Translations under genes and position numbers: made by a program
Part shown: positions 21,487 through 30,588 of the stretch, one piece after another
Layout of the letters: every line of letters starts with the position of its first letter
Numbering within the stretch: the first letter of the stretch is position 1
Assembly: GCA_015233565.1 (NCBI GenBank)
Contig: JADFXM010000039.1
Location: forward strand, 3,522-67,521
Length of the DNA stretch: 64,000 nucleotides
Reading direction: 5' to 3'
DNA from: Candidatus Rifleibacteriota bacterium
GTDB taxonomy: Bacteria > Muiribacteriota > Ozemobacteria > Ozemobacterales > Ozemobacteraceae
The notes under the pieces: model-generated
What the model was told of the DNA's origin: nothing
Database searches by the model: none
Seen by the model: the letters and a program-made list of their open reading frames with translations, nothing else

Positions 21487-22505
21487 AAACGGCAGAATTC
21501 GATTACTTGCTGCCGGAGGAACTTATTGCCCAGGTGCCATCTTCCGAAAGATCGGCTTCCAGACTGATGGTCTTTAATCGGAAAACCTCTGAAGTTGAGC
21601 ATACTCATTTTAACCACTTGAGAGATCTGATTCCTCCTGAAGATCTTTTGGTTATTAACAGTTCAAAGGTTATTCCCGCAAGACTTTATACTGTTCCGAA
21701 ATCAGGAGAAATGGCACGAGAGATTCTTTTCATAAAAAAACTTACGGAAAATAAGTTCAGTGCAATGGTGCGCCCTGGAAAAAAATTCAAGATGGGTGCT
21801 CAACTGCCTCTCCCGGAAAATAAAACAGCTGAAGTGCTGGATATTCTTCCCGATGGACTTAGAGTTCTTTCAATTGCAGGGGAAGACGATCCGGTATCTT
21901 TTTTCAGGCGAAATGGAGAAATGCCGCTTCCTCCTTATATTACGTCCCGGGAAAGCTCTCCGGAAAGGTATCAGACTGTTTTTTCGGGAATGGAAGGTTC
22001 CATTGCAGCGCCAACAGCAGGACTTCATTTTGATCAGACTTTGATGGCAAAGATCAAAGATTCAGGAGTCAGAATTGAGGATGTGGTTTTACACGTTGGA
22101 ATCGGAACCTTTAAACCGGTTGAAGTTGAAAATATTCATGACCATCAAATGCATTCCGAGGAATATTTCATTTCCCAACGACTGGCAGATGAATTCAATA
22201 ATACAAGAGCCAGAGGTGGAAAAATTTGGGCTTGCGGAACCACTTCGGCCCGAACGCTTGAATCATCGATCGACTCCAACGGAAAACTCCAACCTGGATA
22301 CAATGAAACCAGTATTTTTATTTCACCCGGATATCGCTTTAAAGCGATTGATCATTTGATTACCAACTTCCATTTGCCGAAGTCCACGCTTATTATGCTT
22401 GTTTCTGCATTTGCAGGACGAGAAAAAGTTCTTGAATTGTACAAAATTGCGATTGAGATGAAATATCGGTTCTACAGCTTTGGCGATGCCATGTTAATAA
22501 TTTGA
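21483..22505 (+). CDS. queA: S-adenosylmethionine:tRNA ribosyltransferase-isomerase
   Basis: FDYLLPEELIAQ, MPLPPYI, YQTVF, AAPTAGLHF, TNFHLPKSTL and YRFYSFGDAM motifs. Confidence 0.98.
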   Translation: MKTAEFDYLLPEELIAQVPSSERSASRLMVFNRKTSEVEHTHFNHLRDLIPPEDLLVINSSKVIPARLYTVPKSGEMAREILFIKKLTENKFSAMVRPGKKFKMGAQLPLPENKTAEVLDILPDGLRVLSIAGEDDPVSFFRRNGEMPLPPYITSRESSPERYQTVFSGMEGSIAAPTAGLHFDQTLMAKIKDSGVRIEDVVLHVGIGTFKPVEVENIHDHQMHSEEYFISQRLADEFNNTRARGGKIWACGTTSARTLESSIDSNGKLQPGYNETSIFISPGYRFKAIDHLITNFHLPKSTLIMLVSAFAGREKVLELYKIAIEMKYRFYSFGDAMLII

Positions 22506-22545
22506 AGCGACCAAACGCCTTACGATTTCTTTAAAGCGAGATTTT

Positions 22546-23700
22546 ATGAATCAATTTAGATTTGAACTTATCCATGAGTCGAACGAATGCCTGGGAAGGA
22601 CGGGGAAAATTTCCACTCGCTGTGGAGATATCGAAACTCCAGTATTTATGCCTGTCGGAACTCAAGGAACCGTGAAAACCCTTTCCCCGGATGAACTTAT
22701 TGAATCAAATGCGCAGATAATTTTATCCAACACCTATCATCTTTTCCTTCGCCCGGGAACAGAAGTCCTGGAAAAATTCGGTGGCTTGCATAACTTCATG
22801 GCTTGGCCACGCCCTATCCTGACTGATTCAGGTGGTTTCCAAGTTTTTTCGCTGAAAACATTAAACAAAATCACAGATGAAGGCGTAACTTTTGCTTCGC
22901 ACATTGATGGAAGTCGGAAATTCCTCTCTCCCGAGGAGGCAATCAGAATTCAGAGTTCTATTGGCTCCGAAATAATGATGGTATTTGATGAGTGTTCCCC
23001 TTTTCCCATTGAATATAATGAGGCTAAGGAAGCAATGGAACGTTCTGTAAGATGGGCTTTGAGATGTCGGAAAGCTCATCCCGCCATGAAAAATGGCCAG
23101 GCTTTGTTTGGAATTATTCAGGGCTCGATGTTCCACGATCTGAGAGATGAATCCCTGAAACAGACTGTGGAAATTGGATTCGAAGGATTGGCGATCGGTG
23201 GGTTATCGGTTGGGGAACCGAAAAATCTTATGCTGGAAGTTCTGGAAGCTCTTACCCCAAAAATGCCAAAAGCTTTCCCCAGATACCTCATGGGAGTTGG
23301 AACTCCTGAAGATTTGTTCTTTGGAGTGGAACGGGGAATTGATATGTTCGATTGCGTGCATCCAACGCGTATTGCACGACATTCATCAGCCTTCACTCGT
23401 GATGGACGAATTGACTTATCAGCCGCTTCTCACTCTTTTTCCGATCAACCGATTGACTCGACTTGTACTTGTGCAACTTGCAGAAAATTTTCCCGAGGGT
23501 ATATAAGGCATCTTTTTAAGGCTGGTGAAATTCTTGCTTTACGGCTTGCCAGTCTCCATAATGTACACTTTTTGATCAACCTGATGCGCGAAATTCGAGA
23601 AGCTCTTTTAGCCGGCACTTTTAACTCTTTAAGATGCAATTTTTTGGAGAGATATGGCTCAGCTACGGTTCAGAAAAAAACAACTGAGGAGGAAAACTAA
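22546..23700 (+). CDS. tgt: Queuine tRNA-ribosyltransferase
   Basis: TPVFMPVGTQGTVK, LTDSGGFQVFSL and GIDMFDCV motifs; Zn site CTCATC...HN. Confidence 0.98.
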   Translation: MNQFRFELIHESNECLGRTGKISTRCGDIETPVFMPVGTQGTVKTLSPDELIESNAQIILSNTYHLFLRPGTEVLEKFGGLHNFMAWPRPILTDSGGFQVFSLKTLNKITDEGVTFASHIDGSRKFLSPEEAIRIQSSIGSEIMMVFDECSPFPIEYNEAKEAMERSVRWALRCRKAHPAMKNGQALFGIIQGSMFHDLRDESLKQTVEIGFEGLAIGGLSVGEPKNLMLEVLEALTPKMPKAFPRYLMGVGTPEDLFFGVERGIDMFDCVHPTRIARHSSAFTRDGRIDLSAASHSFSDQPIDSTCTCATCRKFSRGYIRHLFKAGEILALRLASLHNVHFLINLMREIREALLAGTFNSLRCNFLERYGSATVQKKTTEEEN

Positions 23701-23987
23701 TGAACACTATTGACCCTGTAAAAGTTCTTATGAACGAGGGAATGGATGCCCTGAAAAGCGGCAATCTTGATGAAGCTGAAAGTATTTTCCGTGATTTTTT
23801 GAAATCTCATCCGGATAGTGACCTTGCTGACAATGCCTGTTACAACTTGTCAAAGATTTGCCTGAAAAGAGGGGATACGAAAAAAGCAATCGAATGGCTG
23901 GACTATATTTTGAAGCATTATCCTGATAGTGATGCCGCATATTTTGCAGTTGATGACAAAGAAGAGCTTTTGAAGGAACTTAAATAG
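23700..23987 (+). CDS. Small TPR protein (CpoB/BamD-like repeats)
   Basis: Two TPR-like repeats ending HPDSDLA and YPDSDAA; GAGGAGG RBS; start overlaps the tgt stop. Confidence 0.8.
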   Translation: MNTIDPVKVLMNEGMDALKSGNLDEAESIFRDFLKSHPDSDLADNACYNLSKICLKRGDTKKAIEWLDYILKHYPDSDAAYFAVDDKEELLKELK

Positions 23988-24101
23988 GGAAAAGTGTTCT
24001 ACCAACCAGGGATGGCCACAGAGCTGGCTCGAACATTATCGAAATTGGCACCCCCACGATTATGAAATTTTAGCTTCTTCTGTTACTGTATTGAGGGAAA
24101 T

Positions 24102-24132
24102 AAAAAAGGCACGTTATTAACGTGCCTTTTTT
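24102..24132. terminator. Bidirectional terminator
   Basis: aaaaaaggcacgtt-att-aacgtgcctttttt between convergent genes. Confidence 0.9.
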
Positions 24133-24164
24133 CCGGGTTTATTTCAGAAGATCTTAACTAACTT

Positions 24165-25478
24165 TTACATGGAAATATCAGTAGTGAATATGGTATTTCC
24201 ATCCTGAGGGATTTCGATGCTTGTTTTTTCGGCATGTATATACCCTCTTTGGGTGTTAATAACATAGAAATCCAGTGGATAACCGGTGATTACTCCGCTG
24301 AAATATGCTTCAGCGTGGTAGTTGCTTCCGGCAACGTCAACATATGGTACAATATCTTTCCCGCCTTGGCGAATATACACTCTTATGATTTCCCCGTTAT
24401 CAACAGTTGAAGGAGTTGGGGGATCAGCAGTGGTAACCGGTGCTGAACCGGTAATGATTACTCTTACATCACGTCTGATAGGCTCAATGTTCTCAAAGTC
24501 GGCGTCAATTCCGGCTATGGTCCCGGATGGGCGCTGTTTGGGAATGCTGACTGCAGAACTGATAGTGATCAGATCGTAGCCTTTTATTTTGGCTTTTACC
24601 GCAATGTTTCCAACTGTGACCGGAACATTTGCAATTGTGTAAACCACATTTCCAATACTTCCACTTGTACCGGCTGCGGGTGCCGAAGTCAATAAAGTTG
24701 CGGTTGCAACAACTTTCCCTGCTGACTCTGCCCAGATCGTGGCTCCGGAATTTGCCCATCCGGTCATCAAATAACCAGGTAAATTCCTGAGGGTTCCCTG
24801 AACAGAAACTGTCAAAGGAGTCATTTTTATAACACCCATATCATAAGGAGTTGTGGTGATCTGAATCCCTGGGTCAGGAGTGACAAAATCCAGATAGTTA
24901 TCACAAGTTATCCGATATTTTCTAGCTCCACCTTCCAGACCCGTCCAGCCAGAATCTTTGAAATCCTGAGCCTGATCGAATGTTTTATTTCTGGCAGGGT
25001 CGATTTGTGTAACGGTAAAGCCCAGTAAAGGAGATCCTGTGATCGCGTCAACCGGATAACCTTTGAGTGTTCCCTTAATGGTTTGTCCTGTTTGTGCCAT
25101 AAAGATCATTGGCGCGTGAACTGTTTCCCCATTTCCAACATAAACGTCAGTTGAAGTATTGGTACCAGTGGCAATCCATCCATACTTCTGAACGGACAGG
25201 GTCCATTTTGCAGGGCCACTGGAAGGTGGATCTGTAGTAATTGTGTAACCGCCATCTCCCCCGGTAGTAGCTTCTCTGGTTTGATTTGACGGACCTAGCG
25301 CTTTTACCCATACATCTGCAATGGGGATGTTTTTCTGAGAATCAAGCACATATCCATTTACGGCTCCGTCTTTTATCCCCAAAGAGCCCTTTTCGCAACC
25401 GGTGAATACTAAACTGGCTACCATTAGCAGGTAAAGCAAGATTCTTCGATTACAATTTTTTAAATATACTTTATCCAT
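24165..25478 (-). CDS. Lipoprotein with carboxypeptidase-regulatory-like beta-sandwich domains (CEKG paralog 1)
   Basis: Lipobox VFTG-C then EKGSLGIKDG; GGAGG RBS favours the ATG at 25478 over the track start 25490. Confidence 0.8.
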   Translation of the reverse strand: MDKVYLKNCNRRILLYLLMVASLVFTGCEKGSLGIKDGAVNGYVLDSQKNIPIADVWVKALGPSNQTREATTGGDGGYTITTDPPSSGPAKWTLSVQKYGWIATGTNTSTDVYVGNGETVHAPMIFMAQTGQTIKGTLKGYPVDAITGSPLLGFTVTQIDPARNKTFDQAQDFKDSGWTGLEGGARKYRITCDNYLDFVTPDPGIQITTTPYDMGVIKMTPLTVSVQGTLRNLPGYLMTGWANSGATIWAESAGKVVATATLLTSAPAAGTSGSIGNVVYTIANVPVTVGNIAVKAKIKGYDLITISSAVSIPKQRPSGTIAGIDADFENIEPIRRDVRVIITGSAPVTTADPPTPSTVDNGEIIRVYIRQGGKDIVPYVDVAGSNYHAEAYFSGVITGYPLDFYVINTQRGYIHAEKTSIEIPQDGNTIFTTDISM

Positions 25479-25512
25479 GGTGCCTCCCATGTTTTAAAAA
25501 TATTACCCTTTC

Positions 25513-25539
25513 CTATCGACAGTTCAGATTCATTTTTTG
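25513..25539 (-). promoter_or_regulatory. Putative sigma28 (FliA/SigD/WhiG)-type promoter
   Basis: (T)CAAAAAAT-N11-GTCGATAG, 34 nt upstream of the start. Confidence 0.55.
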
Positions 25540-25585
25540 ACAATCTTTTCCCTAAATTGGTGCAATTTTGTTTAAAATTTATTCT

Positions 25586-25612
25586 TAAGCTTTTCCCTCC
25601 ATCATCCGATAA
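25586..25612 (+). promoter_or_regulatory. Putative sigma28-type promoter
   Basis: (T)TAAGCTTT-N11-TCCGATAA versus consensus TAAAGTTT-N11-GCCGATAA; 45 nt upstream of the ATG. Confidence 0.65.
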
Positions 25613-25657
25613 AGAACTAGGTATTTTTCTTTTTATCGAATACCAGGAGGCTTAAAA

Positions 25658-26884
25658 ATGAATTCAATTTGTCGCACCGCCGGTGGACTCAAGATAATTC
25701 TCTTTTTAATGGTTCTAATATTGATATTAGGCGGTTGCGAAAAGGGAACCCTTGGTATCAAAGGTGGTTCAGTTTCAGGAATGGTACTGGACAGCCGAAC
25801 TCTTGTGGGTGTTTCAGGAGTTACAGTTACAGCAGAAACTGGAACTGGAGATTCTTTGGTAAACAAAATTGCTTACACAGATACCAATGGAAACTACTTT
25901 GTAAGTGATATGAGACAAGGTGAGTGGACTTTTTCATTTGACAAGGTGGGATACCAGCAAGTCACATCTGATGCTACAAATACAATTAAAGTTGTGGTTG
26001 TGAACAATGAAAACAGGGTAGCACCTCAGGTCAGATTGGTTCAGAACTATATGAATCTGTATATCAACGTCAAGGGAGTATTGAAAGACGCAGTTAATGG
26101 TACAATAATTAACCTGGGACTGGCACAATTTGTTTTTGGAAATCTGGTTTTTGATAATCGTATTCCAAGCGAATTTCAGACAGGTTTTTCTGTACCGGCA
26201 GTAAACGGCGATTTGAACTTGACAATAAAAGTTACCAATTATCAAACATATACAGTGGTCATTCCAAATGCAGTGACAGATCGCGATCTGGGCAATATTT
26301 CCCTCCAACCTATGACATATAGTGTGGTGGGGGTATGGAAGGATGTCCCAGGATGGGTTTTCCAGGAAGCACCGACTGCAAACATTTTCGCTTATGCAAG
26401 CAATAGAGTCGTGGCGACGGCTTCATGTGCAATGAATCAACAATCCTTTAATTTGACAGGAATTCCGATAGGAACGTCAGTAACACTTGATGCACAAATC
26501 AAGGGGTACAAGATGAATGGTTCAATTCCCATTACTCCAAATAGTGACTTTCAGGGAACCATATATCAAAATCTCTCTCTAAAAACCAATTTTGCGCAGA
26601 TTATGCGTGATATAAGACTTGTCGTAAATGGAAACAACATTGCATTGAATCAGAGAATTGGCGGATATTGCAACGAAACGGGTGCGGTATGGCCTCAAAC
26701 AGTTGTTACCGGTGGAATTCTCAATATTCCTCGTGTTGTAGATCTTGGAGTCAACCAAGTTCCAAGTGGATATACTCTCACTTTCACCGGTTTTAATGTT
26801 GATAATGGGACCATAGGCACAAGCCGTGTGATAGTTAATGATGACGGTAGTGATCCACAGATCGTTACTGTCCAGGTTAACTAA
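25658..26884 (+). CDS. Lipoprotein with carboxypeptidase-regulatory-like domains (CEKG paralog 2)
   Basis: Lipobox LGG-C then EKGTLGIKGG; TDTNGNY motif; AGGAGG RBS. Confidence 0.85.
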   Translation: MNSICRTAGGLKIILFLMVLILILGGCEKGTLGIKGGSVSGMVLDSRTLVGVSGVTVTAETGTGDSLVNKIAYTDTNGNYFVSDMRQGEWTFSFDKVGYQQVTSDATNTIKVVVVNNENRVAPQVRLVQNYMNLYINVKGVLKDAVNGTIINLGLAQFVFGNLVFDNRIPSEFQTGFSVPAVNGDLNLTIKVTNYQTYTVVIPNAVTDRDLGNISLQPMTYSVVGVWKDVPGWVFQEAPTANIFAYASNRVVATASCAMNQQSFNLTGIPIGTSVTLDAQIKGYKMNGSIPITPNSDFQGTIYQNLSLKTNFAQIMRDIRLVVNGNNIALNQRIGGYCNETGAVWPQTVVTGGILNIPRVVDLGVNQVPSGYTLTFTGFNVDNGTIGTSRVIVNDDGSDPQIVTVQVN

Positions 26885-26927
26885 ATCAAAAAATTGGATT
26901 TTCAGACCACTTTGAGGAGGTCGTTGT

Positions 26928-28652
26928 ATGAAAGATTATCGTGTTTTGGGAAGTTGGATTCTTGTCATCATGGTATTTTTGGTTTTGATGACTATTGGAT
27001 GCGAAAAAGGTGCATCGGGCTTAAAAACCGGCATTGTAATGGGTAGAATGGTTGATGGAACCAAGCGTGACGTAGGTGTAGCCGGCGCAAGAGTCCAGAT
27101 TGCTTCAGCACAACCTCAATCCTCTGGTGGTGGTGTTCCACTTGGGCAGCAGCTTGTTACTACTACTGACGCAAATGGGAATTTTTACTTTGATGGAGTC
27201 AGAGCAGATGCCATGACATTGTATGCCACTCATGGAAATTATTTTCCATTCTCATATCCAAACTCGAATGCTTCTGCAAGCGGAAACGCAGGTGATTCAG
27301 GCTCAGCTCCCGGAGCTGCTGGCCAGAATATTTGGGTAACCACAAATGCCGTTGTCAATATGGGGGACCTCAGTATGTCGCCAAAGCCTACTACAATTCC
27401 AACTGGCGATATTACTGTAAAACTATATCTTCGTGATGCATTTACCAGAGAATTGATAGATACCGCCAAAAATTTCCCCTCAAAAGCTGTTTATTTAACA
27501 GTTGATAATGTCCAGAAAGTTCCAATGGATCCATCTGATTTAAGAACTACCGGCTTGAGTCTTTCACCGAAAACTGCGACTTACTCAATTTCTATAAACG
27601 TTGACCCGGGATCCGGAAAACCCAGAATGTATCAAGTTTATGACTTTTCCCTCGCTGGCAATCAAAGTTCTGTTACAGATGTTTATTTGCAGCCGTTTAC
27701 CTACCAGATTTCATGCCGCTTTCTCAACTGCCCATCTTATATCACAGGTGGAAATGTAAACGTATTTGCAGAAGTGAATGATCCGAACAACAGTGAGATT
27801 AAGAAAATAATTGCCACTCAAACTGTGGATACAGTTACCATTCAGGGTGAAAATAGGCTGAATCTCCCACTGGTTGTACCACTTCCTGAAGTTCCACTTC
27901 CGGTTTCACTGAGATTTAATGTTTTTGGATATATTGATGAAGTTGTTGATATACCTGTTTCCGCAGGAACTCAAGGCAATGTTAGAGTCGATGTCGATTT
28001 TATGGGAGACAACTCACTTGACCATTACTATTCTTACAACCATCCTGATACTACCAAAAGTGTGAATGGCGTAAAAAAAGTGGCAACCTCATATCCGGGC
28101 TTCAGTCGCATTGTTGAAACCAGAAGTGATTGGAAACCTGATCAAGCTTCTGTAATGCTTTTTGATAATCGATTAATGAGACCGGTTACCGCCTGGTGGG
28201 CTGGCCCGCATTTCTATGGAACAGCGGTTCCCAATGCAGTTCCACCGATCAATGCACCATTGGACAGAGCTTCCGTCCAAGTGTGGGATTTCGTCAAGGG
28301 ATGGAGTTCTGCGGTATATGGTTCCAATTACTCTCTTAACTTTGATTATGCCGGAAATTCTGACCCGACAAATAATTTCCTGATCCCGATTGGATACGAA
28401 TTAAATAGTTGGCTTACTGTTATTCACGGGGCAGGTACTCCAGGTGCGGCTTCAGGGTCTTATACTGTTGGACCCAACAAAGTTACTATTCCACCTGATG
28501 CGGTAGGAATTCCTCTGAGTTATATAGATTATTGGTGGCATGAGACTGTTAATGGAGTGGAGGTCTACAATTGGGATCTCATTAAGAGTGCAAACTTTCC
28601 TAACAGACATGCTCCCGTTTACTTCGTTGCAAAAAACCCCAACTCACAGTAA
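26928..28652 (+). CDS. Lipoprotein with carboxypeptidase-regulatory-like domains (CEKG paralog 3)
   Basis: Lipobox TIG-C then EKGASGLKTG; TTDANGNFYF motif; GAGGAGG RBS. Confidence 0.85.
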   Translation: MKDYRVLGSWILVIMVFLVLMTIGCEKGASGLKTGIVMGRMVDGTKRDVGVAGARVQIASAQPQSSGGGVPLGQQLVTTTDANGNFYFDGVRADAMTLYATHGNYFPFSYPNSNASASGNAGDSGSAPGAAGQNIWVTTNAVVNMGDLSMSPKPTTIPTGDITVKLYLRDAFTRELIDTAKNFPSKAVYLTVDNVQKVPMDPSDLRTTGLSLSPKTATYSISINVDPGSGKPRMYQVYDFSLAGNQSSVTDVYLQPFTYQISCRFLNCPSYITGGNVNVFAEVNDPNNSEIKKIIATQTVDTVTIQGENRLNLPLVVPLPEVPLPVSLRFNVFGYIDEVVDIPVSAGTQGNVRVDVDFMGDNSLDHYYSYNHPDTTKSVNGVKKVATSYPGFSRIVETRSDWKPDQASVMLFDNRLMRPVTAWWAGPHFYGTAVPNAVPPINAPLDRASVQVWDFVKGWSSAVYGSNYSLNFDYAGNSDPTNNFLIPIGYELNSWLTVIHGAGTPGAASGSYTVGPNKVTIPPDAVGIPLSYIDYWWHETVNGVEVYNWDLIKSANFPNRHAPVYFVAKNPNSQ

Positions 28653-28671
28653 TAAACAAACGATTTAAATC

Positions 28672-28702
28672 AACCGCCGCTTACATGTTGAGCGGCGGTT
28701 TT
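28672..28702. terminator. Terminator hairpin between convergent genes
   Basis: aaccgccgct ... agcggcggtt followed by Ts. Confidence 0.8.
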
Positions 28703-28713
28703 AATTTGGCAGG

Positions 28714-30225
28714 TTAATTTTTTTCCATGATTTTGGATGCTGATAGGGCTCGTTCGCTGGCCCAACCTTTGATAAACTTAATTTGTTCAGCCATTGTTCG
28801 TGAAAGAGGCACTGTAATTCTTATGATCGAGTAGAGATCATCTAAATTCATCTTTCGTTTGAAATTGAAAGCTTCTATCATTGCTGCTTCGATGGCATGT
28901 TCGATTTCCGCGCCGTTCCAGAACTCTGTGGCAACACTTAGCATCGTAAGATCAAAATCTGCGGGGTCATTATTCCTTTTACTCAAATGTACTTTCAGAA
29001 TCTCTTCCCGTTCCTGATCGTTTGGAAGATCAAGGAAGAAGACTTGATCGAAACGCCCTTTTCGAATAATTTCGGCAGGGAGGAGATCTATTCTGTTTGC
29101 GGTTGCAGCAACGAAAACATCCGCTTTCTTTTCCTGCATCCAGGTCAAAAAAGCTGAAAAAATGTGCGACCCCGTGGAACCGTCTTTAGCAGTCGAAGAG
29201 CTGATTCCGCCCTCGATTTCGTCTATCCACAAAATAGCCGGCGCAACAGCTTCAATAGTCTGTATCGCTCTTTGGAAAGTAGATTCAGGAGTGCCATAGA
29301 GGCCTGAATAGACCTGATTCATATCCAGCCTGAAAAGAGGTAGATTCCAAAGTGAACTGATTGCTTTTACGGACAGAGATTTTCCGCAGCCGGAAATTCC
29401 CATCATTAGAAGGCCCTTGGGTGGAGTAAGACCAATCGCGGCTGCTTCGGGAGAAAAAAGCTGTTTCCTTTTCGTTAGCCAATTTTTCAACCCGGCAAGG
29501 CCACCTACGTCATTAATCGTAAAATCGGTCTTTACGAATTCAAGAATTCCCTCTTTTCTAGTTAATTGTTCCTTTTCGGAGTAAAACAAGTTCAATACCG
29601 AACTATCTATTTTTGCACGATTCCACAAAATCTTGTTTAAGACGGAATTTATTTCATTGCCTGTAAAACCCTGAAGGGCAGTTATTATGTTGGACATATC
29701 CTCAGGGGTCAGCTTATTTTCACATGTTCTTTTCGCCAGATTGGCGAAATGTTTTTCGACTATTTCCTTGATTTCAATAGAGTCAGGTAAGCCGAAGAGT
29801 ATTAAATAGATGTCTTTTCGCAATTCGGATGGGATCGTTATTTCCGACCCGGACAGGAACAAAAATCGTCTGGTACCACGAAACGAAGATGCTATGTTCT
29901 TGATGCGCCGTTTCACTTCAGTGTTCGCGAGGAAAGGTCCCATGTCCTTGAAAAGATAAAACCCTTCATCAGTCAGGGAATAAATTTTATCCAAGGCCGC
30001 CTCCGGATCACCAGGAGGCCCGATGACCTGGTCGTCAACCGTCAGCCCGATATGCGAGTCCCAGCGGATAATTTGCTTATCACATTGAAAAACTGCTCGG
30101 GAAAGAGAAACAATTGACGAATCGACCTTTTCTTCTTCCCAGGAGTCAATCGCAATTACTGGGTACCCTGAAACTAAAGCCATTCTGAGATTTGAAATTG
30201 CACTATCATGCTGGGATTTTGACAT
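28714..30225 (-). CDS. Ycf46-like AAA+ ATPase
   Basis: DVGGLAGLKNWL; Walker A GISGCGKS; Walker B WIDE; SRH TANRIDLLPAEIIRKGRFD; degenerate N-terminal module. Confidence 0.88.
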   Translation of the reverse strand: MSKSQHDSAISNLRMALVSGYPVIAIDSWEEEKVDSSIVSLSRAVFQCDKQIIRWDSHIGLTVDDQVIGPPGDPEAALDKIYSLTDEGFYLFKDMGPFLANTEVKRRIKNIASSFRGTRRFLFLSGSEITIPSELRKDIYLILFGLPDSIEIKEIVEKHFANLAKRTCENKLTPEDMSNIITALQGFTGNEINSVLNKILWNRAKIDSSVLNLFYSEKEQLTRKEGILEFVKTDFTINDVGGLAGLKNWLTKRKQLFSPEAAAIGLTPPKGLLMMGISGCGKSLSVKAISSLWNLPLFRLDMNQVYSGLYGTPESTFQRAIQTIEAVAPAILWIDEIEGGISSSTAKDGSTGSHIFSAFLTWMQEKKADVFVAATANRIDLLPAEIIRKGRFDQVFFLDLPNDQEREEILKVHLSKRNNDPADFDLTMLSVATEFWNGAEIEHAIEAAMIEAFNFKRKMNLDDLYSIIRITVPLSRTMAEQIKFIKGWASERALSASKIMEKN

Positions 30226-30588
30226 TCTGATTCCTTCTTATTCTTTCTTTTGAACCTGTTGCACAATTAATAAAAACCATTAATTTGCAAATTTTTGGTG
30301 TATAGTACTCAAATATCATATTTCAAAAGGTTTTTCATTGTCAAAGAAATTATTGAGAAATTGTTGAGATAACGCTAATGAATATTTCACTGTGCAACGA
30401 ATCAAGAATAGAATTTCGTATTTGGATAAGATGAATTTTTCTTTTTATTGCAGGACAAACTCGTCAAACTGGTCGAAATAACCATAAATACAACTAACTT
30501 GAAGGGGAACTGTAGGGTTTTCAGAAATCTGGCTTAAAATCAATCGAAAATTAATGTGGGACTTTTATCTATGAGTAGGAGGTAAGAC

